From: a virus
Lineage: Duplodnaviria > Caudoviricetes
Strand: one strand, 5' to 3'
IMG/VR virus record: IMGVR_UViG_3300026105_000002
Location: 1 to 58,515 of that record
Length of the DNA: 58,515 nucleotides
Shown: positions 23,001 to 32,776 of the stretch, piece by piece
Layout of the letters: every line of letters starts with the position of its first letter
Numbering within the stretch: the first letter of the stretch is position 1
Program-made: the position numbers and the translations under genes
Notes under the pieces: model-generated
What the model was told of the DNA's origin: nothing
Databases searched by the model: none
What the model saw: only the letters and a program-made list of their open reading frames with translations

Positions 23001-23034
23001 TAGTTAATTTTTTTCTACGTCTTCTAATCGACAT
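20017..23034 (-). CDS. Tail tip/fibre protein with FN3 domains and a C-terminal S74 intramolecular chaperone
   Basis: FN3-like PPSPPT...VTLSWDPP...GYRI...YYFKVEAYD; pentapeptide I-x-A-x-x repeats; SDIRLKENI...YGLIAQEV...ELIPALIKSVKEL. Confidence 0.85.
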   Translation of the reverse strand: MSIRRRRKKLTSLVSRLDERIRSVELRPINLLTSGQVEAAVVSGEDLLSPTNVVSDSAPNQFRIIQDAYYYPRKVTGGSEDRVSIYLEADLSLFEGGNLEISGIHGTSTVDIDVSGVFEVKNTDTPPWDDRASWKHDPENDQLAGVVITNEYSVRPDTAAPASWTTRYRLQTKRLVDSFSITGSTVTLTMNANHKFKVDDVIFVDIFAENSIAYDPDGLFKITAVTDNTIEYELFAGVDTPTGEVTPSNDFYVYPVARNHLPVGSTWSDSSTNTIYVWDGVRWVDYSATDFEIDDGDPPSPPTELEITDEPKSGNETTGFRTYSAVTLSWDPPIDSESGEPLTDLLGYRIGWRLSPSDDWAYEKLDEPTISSYTLGPQAALQQGETYYFKVEAYDSGNLFSEPVEATHTTDVSTGGDIGIYPPTDPDVTTRLGTVTVTWDNLLSTGSNTFAPAPADTAKMRVYLSLNNIDFNAVADATYFSSQNTFAVLTDLEYSNTYFIKITAIDTAGAEGPFSGVVSVVPKALVDTDLIEDTLNTWPFNGQVVPAGSLADGSINAASLLGPDVITQDAISAEAIGANEIAAGAIIAGKIGADAITSNNIQAGEIKAGNIDANAVTASKIFAGSITAEKIEARSISADRIVANAITANEISAQTITADKFSATLALASNMIIQDPNPNLGRIELRGNDNLGPRGIVAFTNSGGGIANSAFRFYTDGRSYLDNVEVTGTMSVSGIISGGTIRTSGGGNRVQMNGSNNQLEFYDSGNLEGILEGYGLGARLKGSGSSPASVTTSSSVATLRSGSTVSSVVCDNNQTLVRGTNGSFISSTNSSFITLNEGMTFSAGSVSGPEYIFRGSTKSFRIEDLSGNSTADVRAFSSGTLYRSTSDIRLKENIEETSLGLNFINDLKPVKFNWKIEEMGGLTNYGLIAQEVRESLVKHGAEESSSIVYEQGPSKIFDEYIEEGGDPILGFEIKELIPALIKSVKELSAKNDELEARLEALEGNN

Positions 23035-25129
23035 TGAATGGTTTCCCGTCTACTATTTGAACACCGCTAATCGGTATAGAAGGCTCTGTAACAAGCTCAA
23101 GTTGAACACTTTCCGGGTAGCTAGGAGTGTTTGGAACCCGTACATCAAAAGAAATAATTTTCCTAACTAAAGCCCCGTTGTCAGTTCCGTAGTCTTGTTC
23201 TAAGTAACTACTTGCTCTTAAATTAACAAAATCATCATTCAAAATTACAGAACACCAATCTCCTGGATTGTAGCTCCCTACTTCTGGATTTGCTGAACCG
23301 TTTACAGTAATACTGAACGTGCTAATTGGCGGCACTGATTCTTCCAGCAATCTAGAGGCTTGACTAAACAAAGTTGTCTCTGAAGGACTGTCTAAATCTT
23401 CTACTAAATCAAGTATTGGCCAGTTTTGTCTAAGTAAATTGTGATTTGAAGCGGCAGAGTATGGTTGACTGGCGTCCGAGCTTAAGTTTTCGTCTCTTCC
23501 TTGAACAAAAAACCTAGTAGCTGAATCTTCAGCGTTTTCCTCAAATTGAGCTTGCAATACGTTACCAGGGAACTCGAATATTGTTTGATCAGCTCCATAT
23601 GCACTGGCAGGTATTGCACCAGTAAAGCCGCTGCCCTGTTGCTCTAAATAATTAGTCAAGGATGCAGGGATGAGTGGTAAAAACTTCAAATAATTTTTAA
23701 AGGAATCTGAAGCTTCGTCGTACTCACAATCTACTCTATACTCAAAGCCGTTTGGCTTTGTAGTGTACTCCTCTAGCACCTCTGCAACAGTTTTCAGTTG
23801 AAAACCTCTAATTACCGGGTTTGCTTGCAAATTACCTGCAAAATCAGCAATCTGAGACAGGTCTATGCCAATATCACCTAAAGTTGTGTGCTCCCCAAAA
23901 GTCCCATAAGTTATTGCACCTCTACGTTTCACAGTAGGGGGGTAGGTAGTAGACGCAGTGTCAGTAGAGCTTTGAGCAATATTAGGACCCAAAATTACTG
24001 CTTTAAATTGAGTTGCAGACTCGGGTTCGCCAAATACAGTGTGGTAACCGTCAAAGGTTTCACTAACGTTCTCAATGTAAACAATGTCGCCTTCGTTAAG
24101 ACTATGAGCGCTTGTCGTATTGAAAGTTGCGATGTTGCCGGCCCTAAAAAAGCTTGCAACTGTAGAAGTAAAATCCGACAAGGAAGTACTAGATACGTTG
24201 GAGCCTTCGTTTGCATAAGTAAAGGTGTAGTCATCTATAATGTCTTGCACTATTGCTTCCGGGTCGTCAAAGTCACTGTCTACTTCAATGTTTGAAATTT
24301 TAACTTTTTGACCAGAGACCAGCTCTTGCTTTTTTAAACTAACTACTCTTGCCACATTAGAGGATCTACTTATAGAGTCGATTTCATTAAATAAATCTAT
24401 GCCTGGTTTAATAGCATCATTAGCAAAGTCAAAATCGAATAGGTCCGTTTCTAGCTCTCTCAGAAGGTCTTTAGCAAAATTGTATGTATCTTGCCTAGTT
24501 TCTACAGTCAGCAGTCCTTCTATAAGCTGGTCAGGTATTGTCACTTCATTGCCACTGGCATTCACATACGTGGCCGCAACTGTAATCTCAGACCTGTCGT
24601 CTTCTGTCAACCCAACTGTGTCGACCGTAAAGTATCCGTTATAGATAGAAAGATCTTGACCCCAGTAAATAAAAATAGATTCTCCGACACTAAAGTCGTA
24701 TTGGCCAAAATCTAAACTAACAGTAGCCACTCCTGACTCGACAGAAACGGAAGCCTGGTACGAGCTATTCCAAGTCTTCCAAATTACTCGATGGGAAAAA
24801 TAGCTAGTAAACTCTGAGCCTGATATAGTTACGACTCTATCTATTAAATCGTATGTCCTGGACCATATAATTCCACCCCAAACGCAAACACCATTACGAA
24901 CAACATATAGAGACGTCTTACCTGGAAGAGTGTTTTCGTAAACGCTAAGATTAAACGTGTCAGCAGTTACAGGAATTTGTCCGCTAAAAGTCCCTGCTTC
25001 ATTAAGAGAACGAGAATATGAAACTTCTTTAAAGGGGACTTCTACTAAAAGTTCGCCAGTCATAATATCGCAAAGGAAGTAGCGATACTCAATCGCTTCC
25101 GCCTCTTGTGAAACTAAACTATCTGCCAT
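23024..25129 (-). CDS. Minor tail (hub/Tal-like) protein
   Basis: YRYFLCDIMTGELL, VRNGVCVWGGIIW, YNPGDW; position after Dit. Confidence 0.75.
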   Translation of the reverse strand: MADSLVSQEAEAIEYRYFLCDIMTGELLVEVPFKEVSYSRSLNEAGTFSGQIPVTADTFNLSVYENTLPGKTSLYVVRNGVCVWGGIIWSRTYDLIDRVVTISGSEFTSYFSHRVIWKTWNSSYQASVSVESGVATVSLDFGQYDFSVGESIFIYWGQDLSIYNGYFTVDTVGLTEDDRSEITVAATYVNASGNEVTIPDQLIEGLLTVETRQDTYNFAKDLLRELETDLFDFDFANDAIKPGIDLFNEIDSISRSSNVARVVSLKKQELVSGQKVKISNIEVDSDFDDPEAIVQDIIDDYTFTYANEGSNVSSTSLSDFTSTVASFFRAGNIATFNTTSAHSLNEGDIVYIENVSETFDGYHTVFGEPESATQFKAVILGPNIAQSSTDTASTTYPPTVKRRGAITYGTFGEHTTLGDIGIDLSQIADFAGNLQANPVIRGFQLKTVAEVLEEYTTKPNGFEYRVDCEYDEASDSFKNYLKFLPLIPASLTNYLEQQGSGFTGAIPASAYGADQTIFEFPGNVLQAQFEENAEDSATRFFVQGRDENLSSDASQPYSAASNHNLLRQNWPILDLVEDLDSPSETTLFSQASRLLEESVPPISTFSITVNGSANPEVGSYNPGDWCSVILNDDFVNLRASSYLEQDYGTDNGALVRKIISFDVRVPNTPSYPESVQLELVTEPSIPISGVQIVDGKPFNVD

Positions 25130-25155
25130 TACGTCATTACTTTCGTCTTTTTATT

Positions 25156-25164
25156 ATTTTAGCA
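25156..25164 (-). promoter_or_regulatory. Putative extended -10 promoter
   Basis: TGC-TAAAAT upstream of 25129. Confidence 0.45.
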
Positions 25165-25165
25165 C

Positions 25166-26125
25166 TTAGCCAATCCAGCCAGATCGATACAGGACCCTAC
25201 AAGTGTAAGAACCTCCTGTATCACCTGAAACTGAAAACTCTATAGTGTTATCGCCTGGATCTAGATAAATCCAAGAAACCAATGTAGCTAACCTAGCCCT
25301 ACCGTTCAATACTGAACTAGATGTTACCGAAAGTGCTTCTCTGTTATACGTATCTATTTCCAATGTTTCGCCAGAAGGAATAGTGTCAATAACATTGAGA
25401 ACCTCCGAACGCGTTGTATTTGTAATAATTATTGGACTTCCGGTAGTGCCAGTCATTGTTCCCTGTAGTTGGATAACAACGGGTACTTTTATGTTTCCAT
25501 TATTTGTAATGGTGGCGGTGCCGCCATTGTTTATATCTACGTTGTTGTATGCATTAGTGGTGTTGTTTGTAGGGTCAGAGTCATCGTCAATCCACTCGTA
25601 CTTAATTGGATTTGCGGCTTTTAGACCAATTGAGAAATTCAATCTTCCTCTAGCGGAAACAGAGACAATTTCTGGTCTTCCACTCAAACGAACAAAAGCT
25701 GCTTTAGCAGGTGTCTCTTTGACCACTAACCAAGCGCCTTCGTATATAAGATTTATAGCATTAATTAATTTTTGTCGAGCAGCCTCTGAGTTGCTAGGGT
25801 CCTGAACAAGCACAGATCCGCTCAGTGTCATAATCCTAGCTGCATATCTACCAACTGCGTCATATGAACCATCACCCCAACCGCGAGGTAAGTTTGGTAG
25901 TTCCGGGTCAGGCAAATTCCACCAGCCATCAATGTCGGTTACTACCCAAACATTATCGTTTTCGTCAATAGTGTTTAACTGTAGACTGCCCAGACTTACA
26001 TCTGCATTTAATTTAAGGCCAGAAATGTACGGCTCTGGAAGGCTAGTTAAAGCCCTATTAACAATCCTATTTTCTTCAGACTGTTCAGGAGCGCTAATAT
26101 TCTCTACGTCTTCGTAGTAAACCAT
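25166..26125 (-). CDS. Distal tail protein (Dit)
   Basis: Immediately after the tape measure; DIDGWW, RIMTLSG, NNGN..VP, W..LDPGDNTI, YRSGW. Confidence 0.8.
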   Translation of the reverse strand: MVYYEDVENISAPEQSEENRIVNRALTSLPEPYISGLKLNADVSLGSLQLNTIDENDNVWVVTDIDGWWNLPDPELPNLPRGWGDGSYDAVGRYAARIMTLSGSVLVQDPSNSEAARQKLINAINLIYEGAWLVVKETPAKAAFVRLSGRPEIVSVSARGRLNFSIGLKAANPIKYEWIDDDSDPTNNTTNAYNNVDINNGGTATITNNGNIKVPVVIQLQGTMTGTTGSPIIITNTTRSEVLNVIDTIPSGETLEIDTYNREALSVTSSSVLNGRARLATLVSWIYLDPGDNTIEFSVSGDTGGSYTCRVLYRSGWIG

Positions 26126-29100
26126 TAAATTGACCCTCTTCTAATATCAAAAGCAATTTTTCTAGAGACTAGTTCTGCTAGCTCTCTTTCATCCATACCT
26201 CGAGAAGCGTTAACGGTCACAGAAACATTTGGCTTCATGGAAACGTTCCTATTGTCATTAATCATCTCAAGTAGTTGCCTGTTTTCGCGAGTAGCCCTTG
26301 AATTAACTACAAACTCTCCGTTAGACAGCAGTGCAGGTATTGAGTCTGACCTACCTGTGCCTGGACCTGAGATAAATCCACCATCCTTATTGGCTATCGG
26401 ATTTTCTGATGCTGGCCCATATCTCCTATTTGCAACTTCCGGGTCGGTAAATCTAGAATAAGGTAAAACTTCTATGTACATCGCTCTTGAGCGTTTAAGT
26501 GCTTCTTCTACTGATAAAAATGCTTGCTCTACCTCTTCGTCTGTTATTTTTTTAATAGTTGTTTCAACTTCATAGTCATTGCCGAGGAGTGCGTCTGCCA
26601 AGTTATCAGCAGCTTCTTCTGTGAGCCCTAACTCTTCTGCTTGTCTTTCCAGTTCTTCTCTTGCTGCTTTAAAATCTTCCCTAAGCTGGTCTTCGCTTCC
26701 GCTAAGTTCGTAGTTTGACTCTGCCTTATCGACAAGAGTTTGGACTAGATTATCAAATTCCTTTTCTAAATTACGTCCACTATCAGTTGTTCTATCAAAA
26801 CCTGTTCTTGTATCATTTAAAGCACCGTCTAAGCTTCCCTCTTCTTCAACTAACTCGGTAACTGCATCTTTTAATCTATCCTTTTGAGCCTCTAACTGCC
26901 TTGCAGCTGCTCTAGCGTCTAAAGTTTCGCTTCCGAAATTAAATAGTGCATCCTCTAAATCTCTTACTCTTTCTTCTGACTCTCTTGCTGCTTCCTTAAC
27001 ACCTTCAAGAGCTTCTATATACGGGTTAGCGGCGTCTCCTGCAGTTACAAAGTAGTCACCACCATCTTGAAGTGCAATGTTGAGAAGTTCTTGATCAGTA
27101 CCTGCTAGTCCCGCAGCATTTGCTTGCCTTTCCAGCTCATCCCTGAAGTCTGGCATGGTGTCTAGTAAAGCTAGTGCCTCTTTGTCCGAAAGATTGAGTT
27201 CGTTGGCCATACTCTTAAAGGCCTCGGTAGCAGCGGGAAGATCCCTTTCAGCTTGCCCGGCTAAAGCTACCCCAACCTCTTCTAGTTGATTTTCAAACTC
27301 TCTCATGTCTCTTGCAACAGGGTTCCAAGGTAGAGAAGATATGATAGGAGCTAAGTCCTCGAATGTACGAACATCTTCAAATCTATCGCTAACAGCTTGC
27401 AGAGCCTCTTTAAATGTGCCAGCAGATAGGGCAGCTCCGTCAAATGCAATTCCTAGAGGCCTAACAAAAAGCCCACTTTGATCAGCAATTGCAAGCTCTC
27501 CAGATATGCCCGATAGTGCCGTTTTTAATACTTCAGCACCGGTTTTGCCAGCGTTAAACATACCTGTTAATTCGTCACTAGCAACAGGAGCCTTACTAAT
27601 CACATCATTGTTTATTTTATCCATCAAGATAGTTATACCAGTAACTGCAGCTGCAGCAAGACCTACAAAAGGTATAGAACGTATAGCGACAGAAGCAACT
27701 CTAGCCGCTACCGTTGTCGAAGCAAGGCCTGCTTGTATACCAGCTAAACCTGCAGTAATAGACTGCCCAAAACCTACTAAAGCTAGAGTAAAAAAGTTTA
27801 TAGTTTTAAATACAGTACCGGCAGCAAGACCTATAGCAAACAAAACACCAGCAAAGTTTACAAAGTCAGCAATAAGCTCATTTTCTAACAAATCAGCTAC
27901 TGCTCGCGTACCTGTCTCAAGGATTTCAAAGAACATAACAGCAGCAGAGCTGTCAGCAAACACTGCAATGATTTCTAACAGATTAGAAACAAGGTCTGCA
28001 AAAATTGGAGAAACTTTAATTGCTTCTTCAACTATTGTCCCAAATGAGTCTGCGGCCCCCATAAAGTTACGAGCAGCTTCTCTAATTTCTGGCATATCAG
28101 AAAGTTTTCCAAACTCAGAAATGAATGCGCCAATAGATTGTAGTACCGCAACCGAGTTCAAGGCGGTCTCTGCCATATACTCTCTAAAGCCGGATTCTCC
28201 AACGGTTTCTCTAAGGTCTTGCCAACCTTGAGTGGCATCTTTTAGCCAGTCAAGAAGAATCTGACCGCCACTTTCTTCAGAAAAACTGTCTCTAATTAAG
28301 TCATTAAAGAATCCACCAATGTTCCCTAGTATTTCACCGAAGTCGGCTGCAAGATCTCCGGCTCTTTTGAAAAAACTTTCTAGGTCGCCAGATGCCTGAC
28401 GCGTATCTAAAAACTCAGCGAAAGTACCAGTTTTTGATTCAAGAAAATTCAAAAATCTTCTAGTAGTAGAATCAGATGCCTCAGTGATGCTTAAGAAAGA
28501 GTCAAAAACGTTACCTACAATTGTTCCAAAGCTTGCAAGAGTGTCTTTAATGTTTACAAAAATAGTGTCTAACTCTTGTAAGTTCTCACGTTCTACTAAG
28601 AAATCAGTAAAATTAGTTACTAATAACCCAAGGCCAATTGCAGATTGCTGGATGCCTTCTCGCAAAACTCCAAAGAACGAGCCAACATCCGGCTCAACCG
28701 CAATTAACCTTTCAATTTGAGTCTGCAGAATTGGCAAAAAGCTATTAGCCGAGGCTGCTTTTAAATCATCTAAGACTGGTTGTAAAGTTCTTAAAAAGTC
28801 GACAAATCTCTGCTGAGAAGGCAGCAGGTCATCGTATGCAGATTGAGCAGCAGCACCACCACCGCCGCCGCCACTAAAGTCTGGATTAGCAAGCTCGTCT
28901 TGTAGGTCGCCTGCTCTATCTTTGGCTCTTCTAAAAGCTAAATCGGCTTCCCTTAGGTCAAGCTCTGCTTGCCTGCGAATCATAGAGTTAGGGGCTAAGT
29001 CTTGAACTCTTAAAAGATTGTTTCTAGCGTTTTCTAAATTAAGCGCGGCTTGATCTTCAGAAAGTGAAGCTTGCTCTGCTTCAAATCTAAGCTGTTGTAG

Positions 29101-29547
29101 CTCTTCTCGAACATCTACTAGGGTTCCGCCAAAGGAGGACCCTCCTTGCTCGGCTTCTTGGAGGGCTGCACCAATACCGCCTAAACCAAGTCGAGCTGCG
29201 GCTAGTCCGGCAGGAAAAGCAGCCACCACACCGCTTAGGGCTCCTAGTGATGCAGCCGCACCTCCAGCCGCACCAACTAAGGAACCCAAACTGACTACAA
29301 CTGAGCTAATAGCTCCGCCCAAAGAACCAATTACGCCCTGAAAAACAAACCCAGCGCGGGAAAGGGCTTGTAGCTTTAATCTAGCAGCTGCTGCTTCTTG
29401 ACTAAAACCTTTATCAAGGCTTCGGCCCATATCTTTTCCGGCTTTTTCGACCGAACCGCTAAGTCCTCTTAGGCCTCGCTCGATATCAGGCTTAACCTGA
29501 GTAGTGATGGCGCGTACGACAATTTTGGCTTCGCCGACTACTGCCAT
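26125..29547 (-). CDS. Tape measure protein
   Basis: MAVVGEAKIVVRA start; Ala/Gly/Leu-rich helical; hydrophobic segments; GGFISGPGTGRSDSIPALLSNGEFVVN C-terminal motif. Confidence 0.92.
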   Translation of the reverse strand: MAVVGEAKIVVRAITTQVKPDIERGLRGLSGSVEKAGKDMGRSLDKGFSQEAAAARLKLQALSRAGFVFQGVIGSLGGAISSVVVSLGSLVGAAGGAAASLGALSGVVAAFPAGLAAARLGLGGIGAALQEAEQGGSSFGGTLVDVREELQQLRFEAEQASLSEDQAALNLENARNNLLRVQDLAPNSMIRRQAELDLREADLAFRRAKDRAGDLQDELANPDFSGGGGGGAAAQSAYDDLLPSQQRFVDFLRTLQPVLDDLKAASANSFLPILQTQIERLIAVEPDVGSFFGVLREGIQQSAIGLGLLVTNFTDFLVERENLQELDTIFVNIKDTLASFGTIVGNVFDSFLSITEASDSTTRRFLNFLESKTGTFAEFLDTRQASGDLESFFKRAGDLAADFGEILGNIGGFFNDLIRDSFSEESGGQILLDWLKDATQGWQDLRETVGESGFREYMAETALNSVAVLQSIGAFISEFGKLSDMPEIREAARNFMGAADSFGTIVEEAIKVSPIFADLVSNLLEIIAVFADSSAAVMFFEILETGTRAVADLLENELIADFVNFAGVLFAIGLAAGTVFKTINFFTLALVGFGQSITAGLAGIQAGLASTTVAARVASVAIRSIPFVGLAAAAVTGITILMDKINNDVISKAPVASDELTGMFNAGKTGAEVLKTALSGISGELAIADQSGLFVRPLGIAFDGAALSAGTFKEALQAVSDRFEDVRTFEDLAPIISSLPWNPVARDMREFENQLEEVGVALAGQAERDLPAATEAFKSMANELNLSDKEALALLDTMPDFRDELERQANAAGLAGTDQELLNIALQDGGDYFVTAGDAANPYIEALEGVKEAARESEERVRDLEDALFNFGSETLDARAAARQLEAQKDRLKDAVTELVEEEGSLDGALNDTRTGFDRTTDSGRNLEKEFDNLVQTLVDKAESNYELSGSEDQLREDFKAAREELERQAEELGLTEEAADNLADALLGNDYEVETTIKKITDEEVEQAFLSVEEALKRSRAMYIEVLPYSRFTDPEVANRRYGPASENPIANKDGGFISGPGTGRSDSIPALLSNGEFVVNSRATRENRQLLEMINDNRNVSMKPNVSVTVNASRGMDERELAELVSRKIAFDIRRGSI

Positions 29548-29563
29548 TTATCGCGCCTTTCTC

Positions 29564-29923
29564 TTACAGAGGTTCGTCTAAAACTGAACCAAACGGGTTC
29601 ATAGCTTCTGGATCAAAATCCGTTGGTGGTACATAAGGTTTTGTACCGTCCGGCGAATTTTGCTCCGCTTCATCTTCTTTAATAGAGTATTTATATTCAC
29701 TGTCATAAAAAACTCTATAAATTTTTGACCTTGATCGACTAACAATCAAAGCATGATCCTGGGAGACAAATCGGTTATCCTCTTCGAAAAAGTAATGAAG
29801 AACATCTAAAGTATGCTCCGCATCCATTTCTCTTAAATTTACACCGAGTGTTATTGCCTTTCCGTTTACATAGGGCCAGAGGTCAATCGCCCAGGTTAAG
29901 AGTCCTCTGGCTGCTGATTTGGG
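29564..29923 (-). CDS. Tail assembly chaperone, -1 frameshift extension (gpGT-like)
   Basis: Open -1 frame overlapping the end of the 29896-30240 ORF, entered via slippery CCCAAAT; directly upstream of the tape measure. Confidence 0.75.
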   Translation of the reverse strand, partial: PKSAARGLLTWAIDLWPYVNGKAITLGVNLREMDAEHTLDVLHYFFEEDNRFVSQDHALIVSRSRSKIYRVFYDSEYKYSIKEDEAEQNSPDGTKPYVPPTDFDPEAMNPFGSVLDEPL

Positions 29924-30240
29924 CGGCCAGTGTACTCCGACATTAGCCATGCAACAATTTCACTCAAAGTTTCAACTGTTACGATCTTTTTCTTATCTTT
30001 AAGCAAAGCCTGGAATCTTTCGTTTGATTCCTCTTCCAATACATTTTCAAAAAACTCGGTAATAATTTCTAAGTTTCTACTTGTGCTTGTTTCATCTCCA
30101 GCTCCAGAAATAAGGTCAATTAAAAACTTACCTTGGACTGCAGGTGTACACAGAAACTCTTCATCATAAAGTTTAAATGAGAGCTCTTGTGCTTCTTCGG
30201 GCTTATAACTACCAGATCCGAAATCTTTAAAACGTGTCAT
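29896..30240 (-). CDS. Tail assembly chaperone (gpG-like)
   Basis: Position before the tape measure; ends EYTGRPNQQPEDS. Confidence 0.8.
   Translation of the reverse strand: MTRFKDFGSGSYKPEEAQELSFKLYDEEFLCTPAVQGKFLIDLISGAGDETSTSRNLEIITEFFENVLEEESNERFQALLKDKKKIVTVETLSEIVAWLMSEYTGRPNQQPEDS
29917..29923 (-). promoter_or_regulatory. Programmed -1 ribosomal frameshift site
   Basis: X XXY YYZ heptamer C CCA AAT in the reading frame of the chaperone. Confidence 0.8.
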
Positions 30241-30323
30241 TTCTCGTTCTTTCTATTTGTCTTTAGAGGCAATTTGCCTAATTAAATTATACACTCTATG
30301 AAAAACCCTTAAAGCTACTTGAG

Positions 30324-30854
30324 CTAAAACTTAAAGTGGTATAGCTGCGAACTAAGGAATCTGTTGGGTCTAGTACCTGGATGATTAACTTCAGGCGTTC
30401 TAATAACTCTTGAACCTTTTGAAAAAACTAAAACTCCATCATTTTTTGCTTTAATAGTGTGCGGCCTTGTTCCCTCATGGTGCGCCAAAGCGTAACTTAC
30501 CTTAGATCCAATAGTTATATACTGACCAGTGACATTACCTAAATGACGTTTGTATATAGAAGCCTTAAGCTTTCCTGTTTTAAAACCGACCCTATTTTGA
30601 GCACCTCTTTTAGCCCGTTCAGCTCTCCTATCAAGCTCTCTCCAGAGAGGACCAGCCTGGGTGTTTAAGTACGGCAGCAATACGCTATCGTATATGTTTA
30701 CGCTGGTTAAAGTGTAATTTAAAGTTTGACCAATTAAAGAGCCGCCATAATTTACCCTACTAGAGCCAGACCTACCAATTTTTCTAAAAGCCCTACTAGC
30801 TCGACGGCCATAATAGATTATCGGGCTGTCTTTAATTAATCCATATGCTGGCAT
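30324..30854 (-). CDS. HK97 gp10-like neck/tail-completion protein
   Basis: KTGKLKASI, YALAHHEGTRPHTI, VNHPGTRPNRFL. Confidence 0.7.
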   Translation of the reverse strand: MPAYGLIKDSPIIYYGRRASRAFRKIGRSGSSRVNYGGSLIGQTLNYTLTSVNIYDSVLLPYLNTQAGPLWRELDRRAERAKRGAQNRVGFKTGKLKASIYKRHLGNVTGQYITIGSKVSYALAHHEGTRPHTIKAKNDGVLVFSKGSRVIRTPEVNHPGTRPNRFLSSQLYHFKF

Positions 30855-31360
30855 TATGGAACTGCCATCGTTATTGTCAGATTTGTGGTCTGAAAACCGC
30901 CTTCAGGAGAAGCAGACTCTAAAGTAGCAATTACTCCCACTCCATAACCAGTTTCGTCCCACTGGTCTAGTTGATTTATAGACTCCATTAATACCCATGA
31001 GTCAATTGCCATCATTTCTGATGCTGATTGAATTTTCTCAGGTGTGGGTGGACGACCATTTTGACCTACAATTGGAGTTTCTCTACTAATTTGAACAGTG
31101 ACAGTTGCACTCCTAGGTACATTACACCTCTGAGGCTCACCAATTTGAGAACCTGGGGCTCCTAAATACATTTGCTCGAAATACACTACTAATTGTTCGC
31201 AATCAATAGCGGGCTGTCCCATCGCCCAATATTTGCGAGCGGGAAGCTCCACGTTGTATGATTGAAATACAGAGCTAACTCGCTCTAGTATGCCTTCCAT
31301 CATATCTCTGAGATTGGTTGCATCCTCAGAGACTCCAGATAAATCAATTTGAGTCGTCAT
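30854..31360 (-). CDS. Putative tail terminator/neck protein
   Basis: Synteny in the head-tail joining block; PAIDCEQL, PEGG motifs. Confidence 0.55.
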   Translation of the reverse strand: MTTQIDLSGVSEDATNLRDMMEGILERVSSVFQSYNVELPARKYWAMGQPAIDCEQLVVYFEQMYLGAPGSQIGEPQRCNVPRSATVTVQISRETPIVGQNGRPPTPEKIQSASEMMAIDSWVLMESINQLDQWDETGYGVGVIATLESASPEGGFQTTNLTITMAVP

Positions 31361-31382
31361 TTAATATCCTTTATTAGAGTTA

Positions 31383-31574
31383 TTACTCGGCTGAAGTGTT
31401 TCCCTCTACAGCTTCTTCTTCAACATTAGGCTCAGGTGTTGGCTCTGGCTCTACGGGTGTAGTCACTACAGGCTCTGGCTTTGGCTGGGGCTTTTTAGGA
31501 GCAGCTGCTTTCTTTACTGGCTTTTTTGCGCCAGGCATGTCACCAGAAGTGAAGTTTGTCATAATTTCTGCCAT
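31383..31574 (-). CDS. Small K/P/E-rich low-complexity protein
   Basis: 63-aa ORF in the operon, NFTSGDMPG then PEP repeats. Confidence 0.55.
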   Translation of the reverse strand: MAEIMTNFTSGDMPGAKKPVKKAAAPKKPQPKPEPVVTTPVEPEPTPEPNVEEEAVEGNTSAE

Positions 31575-31589
31575 TGTGGTTTCTTTCTA

Positions 31590-32702
31590 CTAGTTGTACA
31601 TTTTGACCTGGAGGTTTCCAGATGCAATTTCCGCGATGCTCTCTATGCCGTTTTCATCTTTTGTTGCATAAAGAGTCCACGTTCCTGGATCAACCATGCC
31701 TAAAGCAGTGTTGACTTTATCGTAAGGTGCTTCAAAGCTAACTGTCTGTGCTCCCTGATCAACTGTTATGTCCGATTGAGACAAATCGATTGGCTTAGAG
31801 CCACCGTAATTTCTTAAAGTTACTTTTGGAGTCCAACCCGTGTCTGGAAAAAAATTGCTTAGGTCTAAACTTGTAATTCCAGAAGAACTCCAAGTAGCGG
31901 CCCCTCCAAGCGTAGAGACTATGTCAAAATCTGCATTAGTGGTAAGTTCTGGTGATTTTGGAGAGTATCTGCGGGCACGCGGTCTGTCGACTGAAAATAC
32001 TTTTGATCTGCGACGTGAATTGTCTGGGTTAACAACTTTTAAGAAAAGGTCAATTTCGTAAAGTCCAGTGCGAAGCTCGTCAATAAATTCTTGATTGTCA
32101 AGGATTGTGTAAGAAACGCCCTGACGCGAGACAGAAGTTACACGCTGCGGAAGCTCGCACTCTTCATCTCCGGCCCAAAGTCTTGCAAACTCGATTGCAA
32201 GTTTACGAGCGGCCATTTTCCCTGCGGCGGGGACAGGCAGTCCATAAGAGTAAGTTACTTCAGTGTTACACGGAGTCCATGGAGTTCCAGCTCTAACGTG
32301 TAGCGTCGATTTTTCAACAAGGTAGTAATTGCTAGGATCAATGACTTCACCTAAACGATTACGAACTGCATGGACTTTAGTTACTGGTCGTCCACGGAGT
32401 TTAATTCTTGAGTCCGGCGAGAGACCGTCTGAAGTAAGCTCTGAATATTCGTCGTAGTCAGAAGCCGGAATGTTGTAGACGTCTCCACCAAAAAGAACAG
32501 GGCTATTGGTTTTTTCAGAGGGCCCCATGCGGTTATTTCTTAAAGTACATGTGTAACGCTCGGTTACAGTTGTAACCCCCGTGTACTTGCGACCAGACAT
32601 TGCCCAGAGTAGGTTTGACGCAACCTGAGCCGCTTCTTCAGTGTACTCGGTGTAGGCATAATCTCCCATTTCTTCAGGGAGAATCCAAAGGTTGCTAGTC
32701 AT
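31590..32702 (-). CDS. Head-to-tail adaptor/connector protein
   Basis: ASNLLWAMSGRKY, C.LPQRVTSVSRQGVS, TGLYEIDLFL..VNP; GAGG SD. Confidence 0.7.
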   Translation of the reverse strand: MTSNLWILPEEMGDYAYTEYTEEAAQVASNLLWAMSGRKYTGVTTVTERYTCTLRNNRMGPSEKTNSPVLFGGDVYNIPASDYDEYSELTSDGLSPDSRIKLRGRPVTKVHAVRNRLGEVIDPSNYYLVEKSTLHVRAGTPWTPCNTEVTYSYGLPVPAAGKMAARKLAIEFARLWAGDEECELPQRVTSVSRQGVSYTILDNQEFIDELRTGLYEIDLFLKVVNPDNSRRRSKVFSVDRPRARRYSPKSPELTTNADFDIVSTLGGAATWSSSGITSLDLSNFFPDTGWTPKVTLRNYGGSKPIDLSQSDITVDQGAQTVSFEAPYDKVNTALGMVDPGTWTLYATKDENGIESIAEIASGNLQVKMYN

Positions 32703-32724
32703 TTTTACCTCTTAAATAATTCTA

Positions 32725-32765
32725 ACGGGTGACGACCCATGCTATTTGCACAGATCGCCACCCGT
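32725..32765 (-). terminator. Long hairpin after the major tail gene
   Basis: ACGGGTGGCGATCTGTGC-AAATA-GCATGGGTCGTCACCCGT; the G-U pairs work only on the minus strand; no U tract. Confidence 0.65.
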
Positions 32766-32776
32766 CGAATCAGCTG

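Noticed and set aside
27506-28231. 241-aa plus-strand ORF and other antisense ORFs inside structural genes
   Set aside because: Fully nested antisense to well-supported genes, low complexity, no motifs.
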